Assembly (NCBI GenBank): GCA_043228905.1
Contig: JBHGNT010000007.1
Span: 15,376,001 to 15,440,000, forward strand
DNA length: 64,000 nt
Reading direction: 5' to 3'
Source: Azolla caroliniana
Taxonomy: Eukaryota > Plantae > Polypodiophyta
Part shown: in pieces, positions 48,976 through 61,000 of the stretch
Layout: each line of letters opens with the position of its first letter
Numbering within the stretch: the first letter of the stretch is position 1
Notes under the pieces: model-generated
The model's database searches: none
What the model saw: only the letters and a program-made list of their open reading frames with translations
Told to the model about the DNA's origin: nothing
Made by a program: the position numbers and the translations under genes

Positions 48976-50117
48976 GTAGCTTAATGAATTAGTAATGCAG
49001 CTCTTGTGACCTACATTGTATATTTTATATCACGGTACTAACCTTGAAGGTTTTTTGGTTTCTTGCAATGAATGTTGTAGTGTTAAGCAACTCCACGCCA
49101 GGGAAGGTAATGGAACAACCGGCCCCTATGCCTAAACCCTCGGTATCTGCTGAACATTCCAAGGTTCAGGGACCATCATTACCAATAACCTATGAGTTTT
49201 ATGATGAAGATGAATGTATGAGAAGGGCCATTGGAGCAGTGGAACATATGCTTCTACAAACAAATTCCCCAAGCTCTGGTCAACATCAAAACAATCCAGG
49301 TAACACAAATTTTGCCAACATATCTTAATTCTCATTTGAGAAAGTGTTGAATGCCTAATTTCTTTAGAAATAGAGCCAACTAAGAAAAGGAATGCTGCAA
49401 GAAAGTTGTATAGAAAGGGCAAGAAAGGCAGAGTTGAATGCAATGGTGAGTCATATATGTTCTCACCTGTCCGGAGAGTTGTCAACCTAATGCATTGTCT
49501 AATACCATGTACTTGTGTTACTAGTTGATGACAAAATGATCTTTGGTGAGGGAGATACGAGTCCAAAACCTGATCATGAAGACGAATTTATCACACTCCC
49601 AGGTACACGTCAAAAGCCCTCTAAGAAAACAATGATTTAGATCATAACAACCCTATTATAGTGGTGCTTTTGGTGCATTCTATAGATACTATTATGAAAT
49701 CTTCTATTGACAATGAGCTCTAACCTGTTGAACACTTAGATGTTGTGGAGAAGATGACTGGGCCTACCACTTGCAATGGGTTGTCTACGGCTGTAAAATA
49801 TGACGATGTAACAATAGGTAAAAATGTGGCTATTAACCTTATGTTCATTGTTGTTGGTATGTTTGCAAACTTTTGAGTATGTGAGTTGATACTAATATTC
49901 TCTGGAATCCCATTATTTAGGTTTACAAGAGTAATCCAATTCCCAACTGCAATCAAATGAATCGGGAACTATATGGAGCACAAGTGCAGAGTCCGATTCT
50001 GGGATTAACCTTTGCACGGAGGCAGACTCTAGGAGCACATCTTCCACACATGAGGACTGTGAAAAAAAGGAAGCATTCATATTTGAAGAGCAGTTGGCAT
50101 GTACAAACAACAATTTG

Positions 50118-50460
50118 TCTAAAGAATCCCATGGGGAGTGTGGAAAGAATATCATTAGTACTGAAAAGGAGCCTGATTGTACTGAGAATGTGCTAGTAGT
50201 GTCTAAAGAATCCCATGAGGAGTGTGGAAAGAATATCGCTAGTACTGAAGAGGAGCCTGATTGTACTGAGAATGTGTTAGTAGTTTCTATAGAAGCCCAT
50301 GAGGAGTGTGGAAAGAATATAGCTAGTAATGAAGAGGAGCCTGATTGTACTGAGAATGTGCTAGTAGTGTCTATAGAAGCCCATGAGGAGTGTGGAAAGA
50401 ATATAGCTAGTAATGAAGAGGAGCCATATTGTATTGAGAACGAGCATACTAGCATCACCC
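50118..50460 (+). repeat. 84-bp (28-aa) coding tandem repeat, 4 units
   Basis: S(K/I)E(S/A)HEECGKNIAS(T/N)EEEPDCTENVLVV repeated in ORF 50094-50471. Confidence 0.9.
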
Positions 50461-52415
50461 ATGAGGACTAGGCAATAAAGACATCCCAAGAAGGGGAGCA
50501 CGGTGGTCTTAAGAAGGAGGTGATTATCACCAACCAAGAGGAGTTCACCATGAGTACTTCTATAGCCCACATACAGGAGCCTAATTGTATTGAGAATAAG
50601 CATACTAGCAACAACATGAGTACTAAAACAACCCACATACATGAGATGAGTGATAATTTTACTATCAACAGTACCTTTGTGGATGTGTGTACAAGCATTG
50701 CAGTTGCAGAAAACACAGTTTCTCTCTCAAGCTTGCCACTGGTACAAGGTGCCCGTACATCCACACCTATCTCTGATGCCTCTGATGATGAAGTGCCACT
50801 TAGTAAGTTGATACCTAAAGGCTTTAAGATAAAGAAGAATGTAAAATCACAAAAAATAGGCACCAATAACAAGTGCATTACAAGATCGGGGAATTTGTGA
50901 AATGGTGCCTAATTGTCTTTCGATTGTTCTTGAACTATAGTTGAACTGTTAGTGATGTCTAAACTCATCTAGTGTTGTAGTGTAATGTGAAATTCTATAT
51001 TGCTAATTGTAGAGAGTGAAAATGTATTCTATTGTCAATTGTCATGCAGCCATGATTGTGTTGATTACAAATAAAATTCTATATTGGTAATTGTAGAGAA
51101 TGAGAATTTATTCTATTGTCAATTTGTCATGCAGCCATGAATGTAGTTTGGAAAAATTTGACATTCACATTAGTACTAAAATAAGATGTATGTATCCGTC
51201 TAACTGAGATACTTCAGGAGACTACAATGTATTAGTGAACATTTACAATTGACATTAGTACTAAACTAATATGTATATTGATACTTGCAAAGTATGGTCT
51301 CCTTGAGTGCACATAGTCTGAGTTGAATAGAGACTTAACACAATAGGGATTAGACTACTGGTATTGATAGTTGAATAAGTTTGGGCCATATTGATGTTGC
51401 TAAGTATTGAAGACTTCACACCCTAAACCATAGAAACAAGCAACTCTATAATTACCATGAACACTTAGAAAACAAGCTCAATAAATACTCTAAACACTTT
51501 AGAAGAAAGACGAAATATATCGATTCATTTGTCAATCATCAAAATTAATATATCAATACATCAAATAGTGAACTACAAGCGGATGTTTTTCAATTGCCAA
51601 CTACAATGTATTAATAGGGTAACTTTCAAGCATTAAACAGAGAGACCTCCCCTAATATGTGCTCATGAACCTCTTGAGGGACCTTATAGGCAGTGTTGTA
51701 TCCCTTAACCTTGTGCTTTGCTTGAGTCATATTGAACTTGATCGCAAGAATGGCAGCTGTGTAGATTATTGCGATGGATGCATCTTTTAGTAATGCATAT
51801 GTGTTCTTGCACTGCGGCAACTTTGCATAATAGTTTCCATACACGACAGACTCACCAACGTTGAACATGTTGCCCTAGCCATCCCTCACCACTTCTTTCA
51901 ATAATGTCTTTCCTTGCTTGCACACCACAATGTAGTAGTCTTCTAAATCTTCATTCTGAGGAGATTTTAGCACTGCAAAATGATCTCCAACTTCCAATAA
52001 AACTGCCAAGTCTTGATGTTGGTTGTAGTATACAATATCGTTTGAATGTGCATCCTCTTCAATATCATCTTGTCGTTCAGGCTCAAGCTTCTGCAGCTTC
52101 CAGGGCTCGACGATTTATAGCTTGATGCATTTATCCCAAGCTTCATCTATACACATGGAACAAAAGCATGATAAAGTACAGAGTAACAATTGTGTTGTGT
52201 CCTTGAGGCTAAACCCTAATACACAATGGGTGTTGCGTGTGCCTTTCACGGTTTTACAACCATATGATTTAGTTCTATCAACCTCATCAACGCGAACTTC
52301 AACAAACAATCTATTCTTACCATCATTTGACATCTTCCATGTTAGCCACTGCACAACATCATGTGCATTTTGTAACTTAGCACCATTATTATCCAACTGC
52401 TCACTTGTAAGGGCA

Positions 52416-53267
52416 CGTTTGATCACAGCCCCCGCGCCATCATGCTCTCCTTTTCCATGTCCAGACCCGAAGTAGTTCCATTGCATACGAATGTTGAATA
52501 AGGAGAAATACTTGCTTTTGTATCTCAGGTTTCCAACAAAATTAGTACTATGTTGTCAATCGAGAGTACTACACATCCATTAATACTGATTTAGTACAAA
52601 TACAAAACAAAGCATAGCACAACGTATCCATTGAGAACACTCTACACTTATTAAAAGATAAATAGTACTATGTTGTCAACCATGTGAACTTGGCATCCAT
52701 TAATACTAATTTAGTATGGATACAGCACAAAGCATAGTACAATGAATTCATGGAAAGCACTCTACATGAATTAACAGATAAATAGTACAAACTCTTCAAT
52801 ATCAGATAGTACTATGTTGCTGACGACGAGTACTTTACATTCGTTTGATCACAGCCCCCGCGCCATCATGCTCTCCTTTTCCATGTCCAGACCCGAAGTA
52901 GTTCCATTGCATACGAATGTTGAATAAGGAGAAATACTTGCTTTTGTATCTCAGGTTTCCAACAAAATTAGTACTATGTTGTCAATCGAGAGTACTACAC
53001 ATCCATTAATACTGATTTAGTACAAATACAAAACAAAGCATAGCACAACGTATCCATTGAGAACACTCTACACTTATTAAAAGATAAATAGTACTATGTT
53101 GTCAACCATGTGAACTTGGCATCCATTAATACTAATTTAGTATGGATACAGCACAAAGCATAGTACAATGAATTCATGGAAAGCACTCTACATGAATTAA
53201 CAGATAAATAGTACAAACTCTTCAATATCAGATAGTACTATGTTGCTGACGACGAGTACTTTACATT
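52416..53267. repeat. 426-bp apparently exact tandem duplication spanning a transposase intron/exon junction
   Basis: CGTTTGATCACAGCCCCC starts at 52416 and 52842; both units end TACTTTACATT (52841 and 53267). Confidence 0.93.
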
Positions 53268-54620
53268 CATTAATACTGATTTAGTACAGATACAATACAC
53301 AATACAATACAATGTGTCCACGGAGAACACAACCCTCCTTAGAAGATAATTAGTACTACAACACATGTACTTTACATCCCCCAATAAACATTGATTTTGT
53401 ATAGATACAACACATAGTACAATACAGTATGTTCATGGAGAACACTCAGCATGGATTAATAGATAAGTAGTACAAACTCTTCAATATAAGATAGTACTAT
53501 GAGTACAAGACATGTACTTTACATCTTCCGATAATTACTGATTTAGTATAGATACAACACCAAGTACAATACAGTGTGTTCATGGAGAACACTCAACATT
53601 GATTAATAGATAATTAGTACAAACTCTTCAATCTAGGACAGTACTATGAGTAGTAGACATGTACTTTACATCCTTCGATAATTACTTCTTTAGTACAGAT
53701 ACAACACATAGTACAATACAGTGTCCATGAAAAACCCTCAACATGGATTAAAAGATAATTAGTACAATTCTCTTAAGGACAGTCAATACTATGAGTACAA
53801 GTTGAGTAAATACTGATTTAGTACAGATACAATACACAACATAGTACAATGTGTCTATGGAGAACACTTCACATGGATTAAAAGATGATTAGTACAATTC
53901 TCTTAAGGACGGACAATACTATGAGTACAAGACGAGTACTTTACATCCTTCAGTAAATACTGATTTAGTACAAATACAACATACAACATAGTACAATGTG
54001 TCTATGGAGAACACTTCACATGGATTAAAAGATAATTAGTACAATTCTCTTAAGGATGGACAATACTATGAGTACAAGACGAGTACTTTACATCCTTCAG
54101 TAAATACTGATTTAGTACAAATACAACATACAACATAGTACAATGTGTCTATGGAGAACACTTCACATGGATTAAAAGATAATTAGTACAATTCTCTTAA
54201 GGATGGACAATACTATGAGTACAAGACGAGTACTTTACATCCTTCTGTAAACACAACATAGTACAGATACAACACACAACATAGTACAATGTGTCTATGG
54301 AGAACACTTCACATGGATTAAAAGATAATTAGTACAATCCTCTTAAGGACAGACAATACTATGAGTACAAGACAAGTACTTTACATCCTTCTGTAAATAC
54401 TGATTTATTACAGATACAACACACAACATAGTACAATGTGTCTATGGAGAACACTTCACATGCATTAAAGATAATTAGTACAATTCTCTTAAGGACGGAC
54501 AATACTATAGAGTACAATACGAGTACTTTACATTCTTCAGTAAATACTGATTTAGTAAAGATACAACACACAACATAGTACACTTTGTCTATGGAGAACA
54601 CTTCACATGGATTAAAAGAT
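52540..54620. repeat. ~147-bp satellite-like array in the transposase intron
   Basis: AGAACACTTC occurs at 53861, 54008, 54155, 54301, 54448 and 54595. More diverged units lie leftwards (53324, 53439, 53586). Confidence 0.92.
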
Positions 54621-54674
54621 AATAAACACATATTCACGTGACAAGATAGAACTATTTGATCAATCAAGAACAGT

Positions 54675-54920
54675 TAACTTAGTTACAAACAAAATTAGTA
54701 TGCATGCATCCATGTGAATAGTGTTGTGTTCGAATAGTTACAAACATAATTAGTATGCATCCATGTGAATAATACTGTGTGTGAATAGTTACAAACAAAA
54801 TTAGTATGCATGCATCCATGTGAATACTGTTGTGTTCGAATAGTTACAAACATAATTAGTATGCATCCATGTGAATAATACTGTGTGTGAATAGTTACAA
54901 ACATTATTAGTATGCATGCA
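54675..54920. repeat. Alternating 55/51-bp minisatellite (106-bp higher-order unit)
   Basis: AGTTACAAAC occurs at 54681, 54736, 54787, 54842 and 54893. Confidence 0.88.
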
Positions 54921-56285
54921 CTAACACAAGAATTACTTCCTTACACATTGCATGATAAGTACTAAACATATGGATTAAAAATTACCTGGCGATAAAGTAG
55001 AACGATCCTGCCGCCTTAAACTGCGAGGTAGCACCATCAGACCAAACCCAATGACGGTTAAAGGTTAACCCTAGAGACAATAAATCTGCATGGTGAAGCT
55101 TAAAACAATGTTGAACAAATAGTGTATCATGCTTTTTATCATCTGAAATGTAAAATATTGATTTCTTATGTAACTCACCGTCTTGCCTCCAATAGCAAAT
55201 ATGTACAAGTATTGTACATTGATCATTATACCAATGCATTGATTGAACCTCATTTTGAACTTTAAATGTATAGTTTTCTGCAAAGTCAATAACGGATACG
55301 ATGACACCCATTGGTAAGTTATTAATACATTCCTTGAACTGTGAATTTTGCCAATAACTCCGGAAGTTATGTGGAATGAACTCCCCAAGTTGTTTCTTAA
55401 ATTTTGAGACAAGGGTAGCAGCACATGTCTCCTTATATACTTCCTTGATACGCTTAGTTACAAGTCCCTTGCCAATATTTTCAATCACATACTCTAAATA
55501 TTTCCATTTCACGATATGACTATTTCCCAAATCAAGCTCCTGCCTACAAAATAATGGTAGCGGACAAACCTTACATGTTCTTAATAGACATGTACGATGA
55601 TGCCACTCACATGATGGTTCTTTTTCACAAACACAAGACCTCTATAGCTCAGAAATGGATGCATAAGTCATGTTTCGTGCATTACACCTATTATCCTCCC
55701 CATTTGGTCTACAAACCTCACAAGTGCAGACACATAATTCCTCGTGTATACCCATAGAATCAGTACGCATTGCATTCACTCCTAGCCTTAGCATGTCCAT
55801 CTTCACGTGGTACACACAACAACATGTATTCCTCTCATTTAATTTTCTAACATAAAATGGTTTCAAACCTTGGAACTTGCGGAATCCAACAGTCAAGCTT
55901 GGATGTTGGTCTTTAAAGTTCATGTACAATTCAGCCTACATCAACCAATATATATAGCAAACATTAATATACACTTGGTCAAAACACAAATTTATGGAAT
56001 GTGAATTGATATAAAAAAATGGAATACCTCTGTCATCTCCAAGAAGTGTCTAGGGTGAATCTGGTACTTACCCTAACTTATTCGTTGTCTACACACGTCC
56101 TTCTTATTTGGTGAGACACGCGTACTTTTGGCCCAAAATGAATCCACTTTCTCAATAATCTCTTGAGATAAGGCATCGCATCGTCGTCTACGTCCCAACC
56201 CCAGCCACTTGAATTGGCTTGAGTGTATATTTCGGCGATGTTTCCTCAAGTTCCTTCTTTGAATACCTAGGGCTAAGGTAACTTT

Positions 56286-58059
56286 GAATCAGATATTGAT
56301 CTTTGGCACAAGCGGATCGGCCACATCAATTACCGGAGGCTTCAAGACCTACAAACGAAACAAATTGTTTTCGGTTTGCTGAAGTTTAGTAGCCGAAAGG
56401 TCCAAATATGTGAAGCTTGCCAACTCGGGAAGCAACATTGTCTTCCATTCCCCACCGAACAAAACCGTAGCCATAACAAGCTCGACCTTATTCATTCGGA
56501 TGTATGGGGACCGGCACAGAACGTTAGTCTTGGCGAGAGTCGATACTTCGTCTCCTTCATTGACGACTACAGCCAACACACATGGATCTACCTCATTGAG
56601 CGGAAGAGCAAAGTCTTCGAGTGTTTCCAGAACTTGCAAAGCCTGGTTGAACGGGAAACGGAGAGGAAGATCAAGTGCCTACGGTCAAATGGTGGAAAAC
56701 AATATTTTTCTGGCCAATTCAACAGTTATCTGCAACAAAAAGGAATTCGAAGAGAGTTCAGCTGTAGATACACACCGGAGCAAAACGGTGTGGCCGAGAG
56801 GAAGAACCGGTCGATTATCGACGCGGCAAGGGCGATGCTGGAGGAGAAGAGCATGCCCAAATTCTACTGGGCTGAGGCGGTCCGGACGGCTGTCTATATC
56901 CAAAACCGGATCGGTGACAAGGTGTCCGCGCATGAGCTGTATTTCGGGCGCAAGCTGAATTTGAGACACCTTCGGATATTTGGTAGCATTGCATATGTGC
57001 ATGTGTTGGATGAGAAGCGGAGGAAGTTGGATGCAAAGTCTAAGAAATGCATCCTGGTCAGTTACTCGCATGAGCAAATGGGGTATAAGTGTTATAACCC
57101 CCGGACGAAGCAGGTTTGAGTTAGCCGGGATGTTGAGTTTGATGAGACGGCATCATGGTATGCCTTACCAGCTCTTACTTCCGACCCTGACCCGATACCG
57201 AAGGATGAGGCTAGTGAGCCTGAACCGGTCCAGTTAGAAGACGAAGGGTTCGAGACTCTAGATGTGAGTCCAGAATCGTTTCGGTTGAGCGGGCCGAACG
57301 ACCGACTGGGTCAGACAGACCAATCAAAAGATGAATCAGTGAGTAGTGGAGACTCTATCGTGTTCCCCCCACACAAGGAACCGAGGAGACGGTTCACGCG
57401 CAAGGAAAAGGGGAAGAGGAAGATGTTGGAGCACGAGACCGGCAATGGTGAGTCAGATCGGAGCGGATCCGAATCCAAAAAAGAAGAAGGCGGATCTTCG
57501 GCAACGAAGACCGAATCGGCCAAGAAGTGCCTCAAACCGGGTAATGATAAATTACGCCGGTCTTCCCGCCAGAAGAACCCCGTGAAGTGGTATGGGTACA
57601 ATGAGTACATGGCGTATCACTATGCATACATGACCAAGGTGGCGGAAGTGCGTGAGCCGGAGAGCTACGCAGAAGCGGCAAAGGACGCAAATTGGTGTGT
57701 CGCTATGGAGGAAGAAATGCGGGCACTTGATGCCAACGACACATGGGACCTAGTTGACCCTCCCCGACACTGTAAACCGATCGGATGTAAGTGGGTGTAC
57801 AAGGTAAAGTACAATGCCGACGGTTTGGTTAACCGGTACAAGGCCCGGTTAGTGGCGAAGGGATACGCGTAGACCCACGGTATCAACTACGAAGAGACCT
57901 TCGCTCCGGTAGCGATGATGACGACGGTTCATGTGGTGCTAGTGGTTGCTGCGGCAAGGGGGTGGCATCTTCACCAGATCGACATGAAGAATGCATTTCT
58001 TCAAGGTGATCTTGAAGAAGAGGTCTTTATGACCCAACCCCCAGTTTCCAGTCGGAGAT
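56286..58059 (+). mobile_element. Ty1/copia fragment F (integrase to RT start), 5' end deleted, interrupted by copia G
   Basis: Begins ESDIDLWHKRIGH directly at the Sola junction; IHSDVWGP..NGVAERKN; [16 protein letters not shown]. Same family as G. Confidence 0.92.
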
Positions 58060-61000
58060 TGTAAAAGATTGCTTGCGGAAGCGTTAGAAAGAACAATACA
58101 CAAAGAGAGACAGAGAGAGAGAGTACACGGGAGAGACAGAGAGAGAGAGAGAGAGAGAGCAAGACACACTATTTTCCAAAATTATATGAATACTCTATGC
58201 TCTCTATCTACAACGCGCTCATCAGCACTATTTATACAAGTCCACACGGGACTGTTAGAAGTACAGTGTACTTCAATGCTCACACGAGCATCTGACACTA
58301 ACTATGAGACTATAATTGCCTAGTAGTCTAACCTATACCAGGCTTCTGGTTACGGATTGGATCCGGCATACCGGCTCCCCAGCTCACCGGTCCTTACTGC
58401 TTACCAGCTCGGTTGCTCACCGGCATACCGATTCATCTCGCTTATCGGCTCAGGCTTATTCAGCCGATCCGGCTCCAGTTGAGCTTGCCGCTCAACACTC
58501 CCCCTCAAGCTCAACCTGAGGTAGGGTCGTAGTGTCAACCTCTGTGCCAGCCGGTTCTTCCAACTGACTTCTCTTGGCGTCGCTTCGCCTTGCTCGCGCT
58601 CCTTGTCCAGTCCGGTCCCGTTTGCCGTGACCCCTTTGGTTCTGCGCGCCTCGACCTTCGGCATGTCTGCTCAATAGGCCCATCTCAGCTCCTTCGCTGC
58701 TATGACTCTGGCGCTTGCCGATCCGTCGGTTCCACCGCGATGGCATCGACTTCCGTTGTGTCCATGTCTCCTTGGCCTCTCGTTGATCCGACTCATTCCA
58801 GCTCTTGTCCGAATCGGTATCCTCCAATTCGATTTTCGGCTTCAGGCCTCTCACCACATCGGACCACGTCCGGGTCTTGGCCTTCTCCTTGCTTCCCTTG
58901 GCTTCTTCAGCCGGTTCACCAAAGTCGAATTCTTCATTCAACTCCGCGTCATGGCCATTACGATCGTGATGACCTCCGCATACCATGCACTTCTCTTCCT
59001 GAGTGTACACTTCTTCTTCACAGCCACTCACTCCGACCTGTTCGGATGTGCCGACTTCATTCGTCGACTCGGCTTCATTTTTCTTCTTGTCTCCGCCTCT
59101 ACCGGTTCTTCTCTTACCTACGGGTTCAACAGTTTTTTTGCCTTTGCCCGTTTTGGCAGTGTCTTTGCCCTTGCGTCTCCCCCTCAAGTGCGGCACGTCA
59201 AGATGCTGAACACCAAGCATTTTGGTAAAGTGCTGCAACTTGTCTAACCCGAGCGGCTTGGTGAAGATGTCGACAACTTGCCGATCTGTGTGAACATACC
59301 ATAGTTCAACTTCACCGCTCAGGACCCGCTCACGCACGAAGTGATAATGCACTTCTATGTGCTTTGTGCGAGCATGCTGCTAAGGTTATTGCAGTAGATC
59401 AGGATCGGGGTCGGTACCTCGATCCGCAAGTCTTGCAGTAGTTGCCGAAGCCAAATGGCTTCATAGGTGGCAACGGTCGCGCCCCGGTATTCAGCCTCAG
59501 TGTTGGATAGAGCCACTGTTGGCTGCTTTTTGCTGCTCCACGCAACAGTCGCGCTCCCAAGAGAAAACATAAAGCCGGAAGTTGAGCGACGATCCGTTGC
59601 ATTGCCAGCCCAGTCGGCATTCGTGTCGCCAACAAGCTCTTCGGTTATACCTTGCCGGTATAAGAGCCCCCGGTCATTAGTGCCGCTTACATACCTCAGT
59701 ATTCGTTGCGCGCACTGAAGGCGCTCCACGGTCGGCTTTTGCATGAATTGGCTTACCACTCCGACCGGATAGCTAATGTCGGGTCGGGTGATGGTCAAGT
59801 AGATCAGGCTTCCGACTATTTGTCGAAACCTTTTCTCATCGCAGGCTGGTCCGGAGTTGGGACGGATCTTCTGATTCTGGTCCAGGGGTGTGGAGACAGG
59901 TCGGCATTCTGTCATGCCGAACTTGTACAGTATATTCAACACATAATGGCATTGAGAAAGCAATATGCCGTCAGGGGTGCGGATCACCTCGATCCCCAAA
60001 AAATAATGATGGTCCCCCAAGTCCTTCATATCGAATGTGTCCGACAACTGGGACTTGACGCGGTTGATTTCCGGAAGACCTGAGCCGGTGATGACTAAAT
60101 CATCAACATAGAGTAAGATATATACTGGACCATTTGAGCCTTGACGGATGAACAGGGAAGAGTCCGACTTAGAGGCAACAAACCCCATATTTCGCAACCG
60201 ATGCGTGATCTTAGCATTCCAAGCACGGGGGGCTTGCTTCAAGCCTTACAACGACTTCCTCAGCTGGCATACCGCCGACTTGTTCACTTCCGACTGAAAT
60301 CTGGGGGGCTGAGTCATAAAGACTTCTTCTTCAAGATCTCCTTGAAGGAAGGCATTCTTCACATCCATCTGATGAAGATGCCACCCCCTTGCCGCAGCAA
60401 CCGCCAGTACCACATGACCCGTCGTCATCTTCGCTACAGGAGCGAAGGTCTCGTCGTAGTCGATTCCGTGGATCTGCACATATCCCTTGGCCACTAACAG
60501 GGCCTTGTACCGGTTAACTGTACCGTCGGCATTGTACTTTACCTTGTACACCCACTTGCATCCGATCGGTTTACAGTGATGGGGAGGGTCAACCAAGTCC
60601 CAAGTTCCGTTGGCATCCAGTGCCCGCATTTCTTCCTCCATAGCGGCACGCCAATTTGTGTTCTTTGCCGCTTCTGCGTAGCTCTCTGGCTCACGCACTT
60701 CCACGACCTTGGTCATGTACGCATAATGATGCGCCATTTACTCGTTATACCCGTACCGTTTAACAGAATCCTTCTGGCGGGTGGACCGACGTAACTCACC
60801 GTTACCCGGTATGAAACCCTTCTTGGCCGGTTCGGTCTTCGTTCCCGAAGATCTGCCTATGTCCTTGCCGAAGTCAGATACGCACCGATCCGACTCATCA
60901 TTGCCGGTCTCGAATTCCGACATCTTCTGCTTCCCTTTCTCTTTGCGTGTGAACCGTCTCCTTGGTTCCTTGCGCGGGGAGATCATGACAGAGTCTCCAC

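Larger units (their letters stand above)
46401..50900 (+). pseudogene. Accessory gene of the Sola2-like element: basic N-terminus, VDW-type domain, coiled coil, RING-H2 finger, acidic 28-aa repeats
   Basis: 46401-47458 is one frame with 2 stops. A phase-2 GT-AG intron at 47459-47548 joins ..AISR to CIFC-x15-CLHTYHVLC-x10-CMDC. A phase-1 intron at 47734-49080 has a TACTAAC branch point at ~49036. Later exons to 50900 are less certain. Confidence 0.75.
45136..56285 (-). mobile_element. Sola2-like DNA transposon, copy 2, with two convergent intron-containing genes; right end lost
   Basis: The left terminus GGGTCGAAGCATGCTACGGTGTACCAACTTTT...TTAGTACTAA matches the reverse complement of 6607-6659 and fits the 5'-GRG ends described for Sola2. 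Transposase is on the minus strand and the accessory gene on the plus strand. Confidence 0.82.
51626..56285 (-). pseudogene. Sola2-like DDD transposase (spliced; at least 3 in-frame stops)
   Basis: Exons ~56285-56028, 55935-54986 and ~52511-51626. Motifs RVSPNKKD, RNTCCCVYH, IDFAENY..QSMHW, ISDDKKHD, WSDGATSQFK, WNYFGSGHGKGEHDGAGAVIKR match the Sola2 pattern DF(S/A)ENY / SDG..QYK / HGKG..DG as recalled. GT-AG intron at 55936-56027. Confidence 0.85.

Noticed and set aside
48405-54620. CRISPR-like array interpretation of the 52-bp and 147-bp repeats
   Set aside because: Units are contiguous with no unique spacers, there are no cas genes, and the context is eukaryotic introns.
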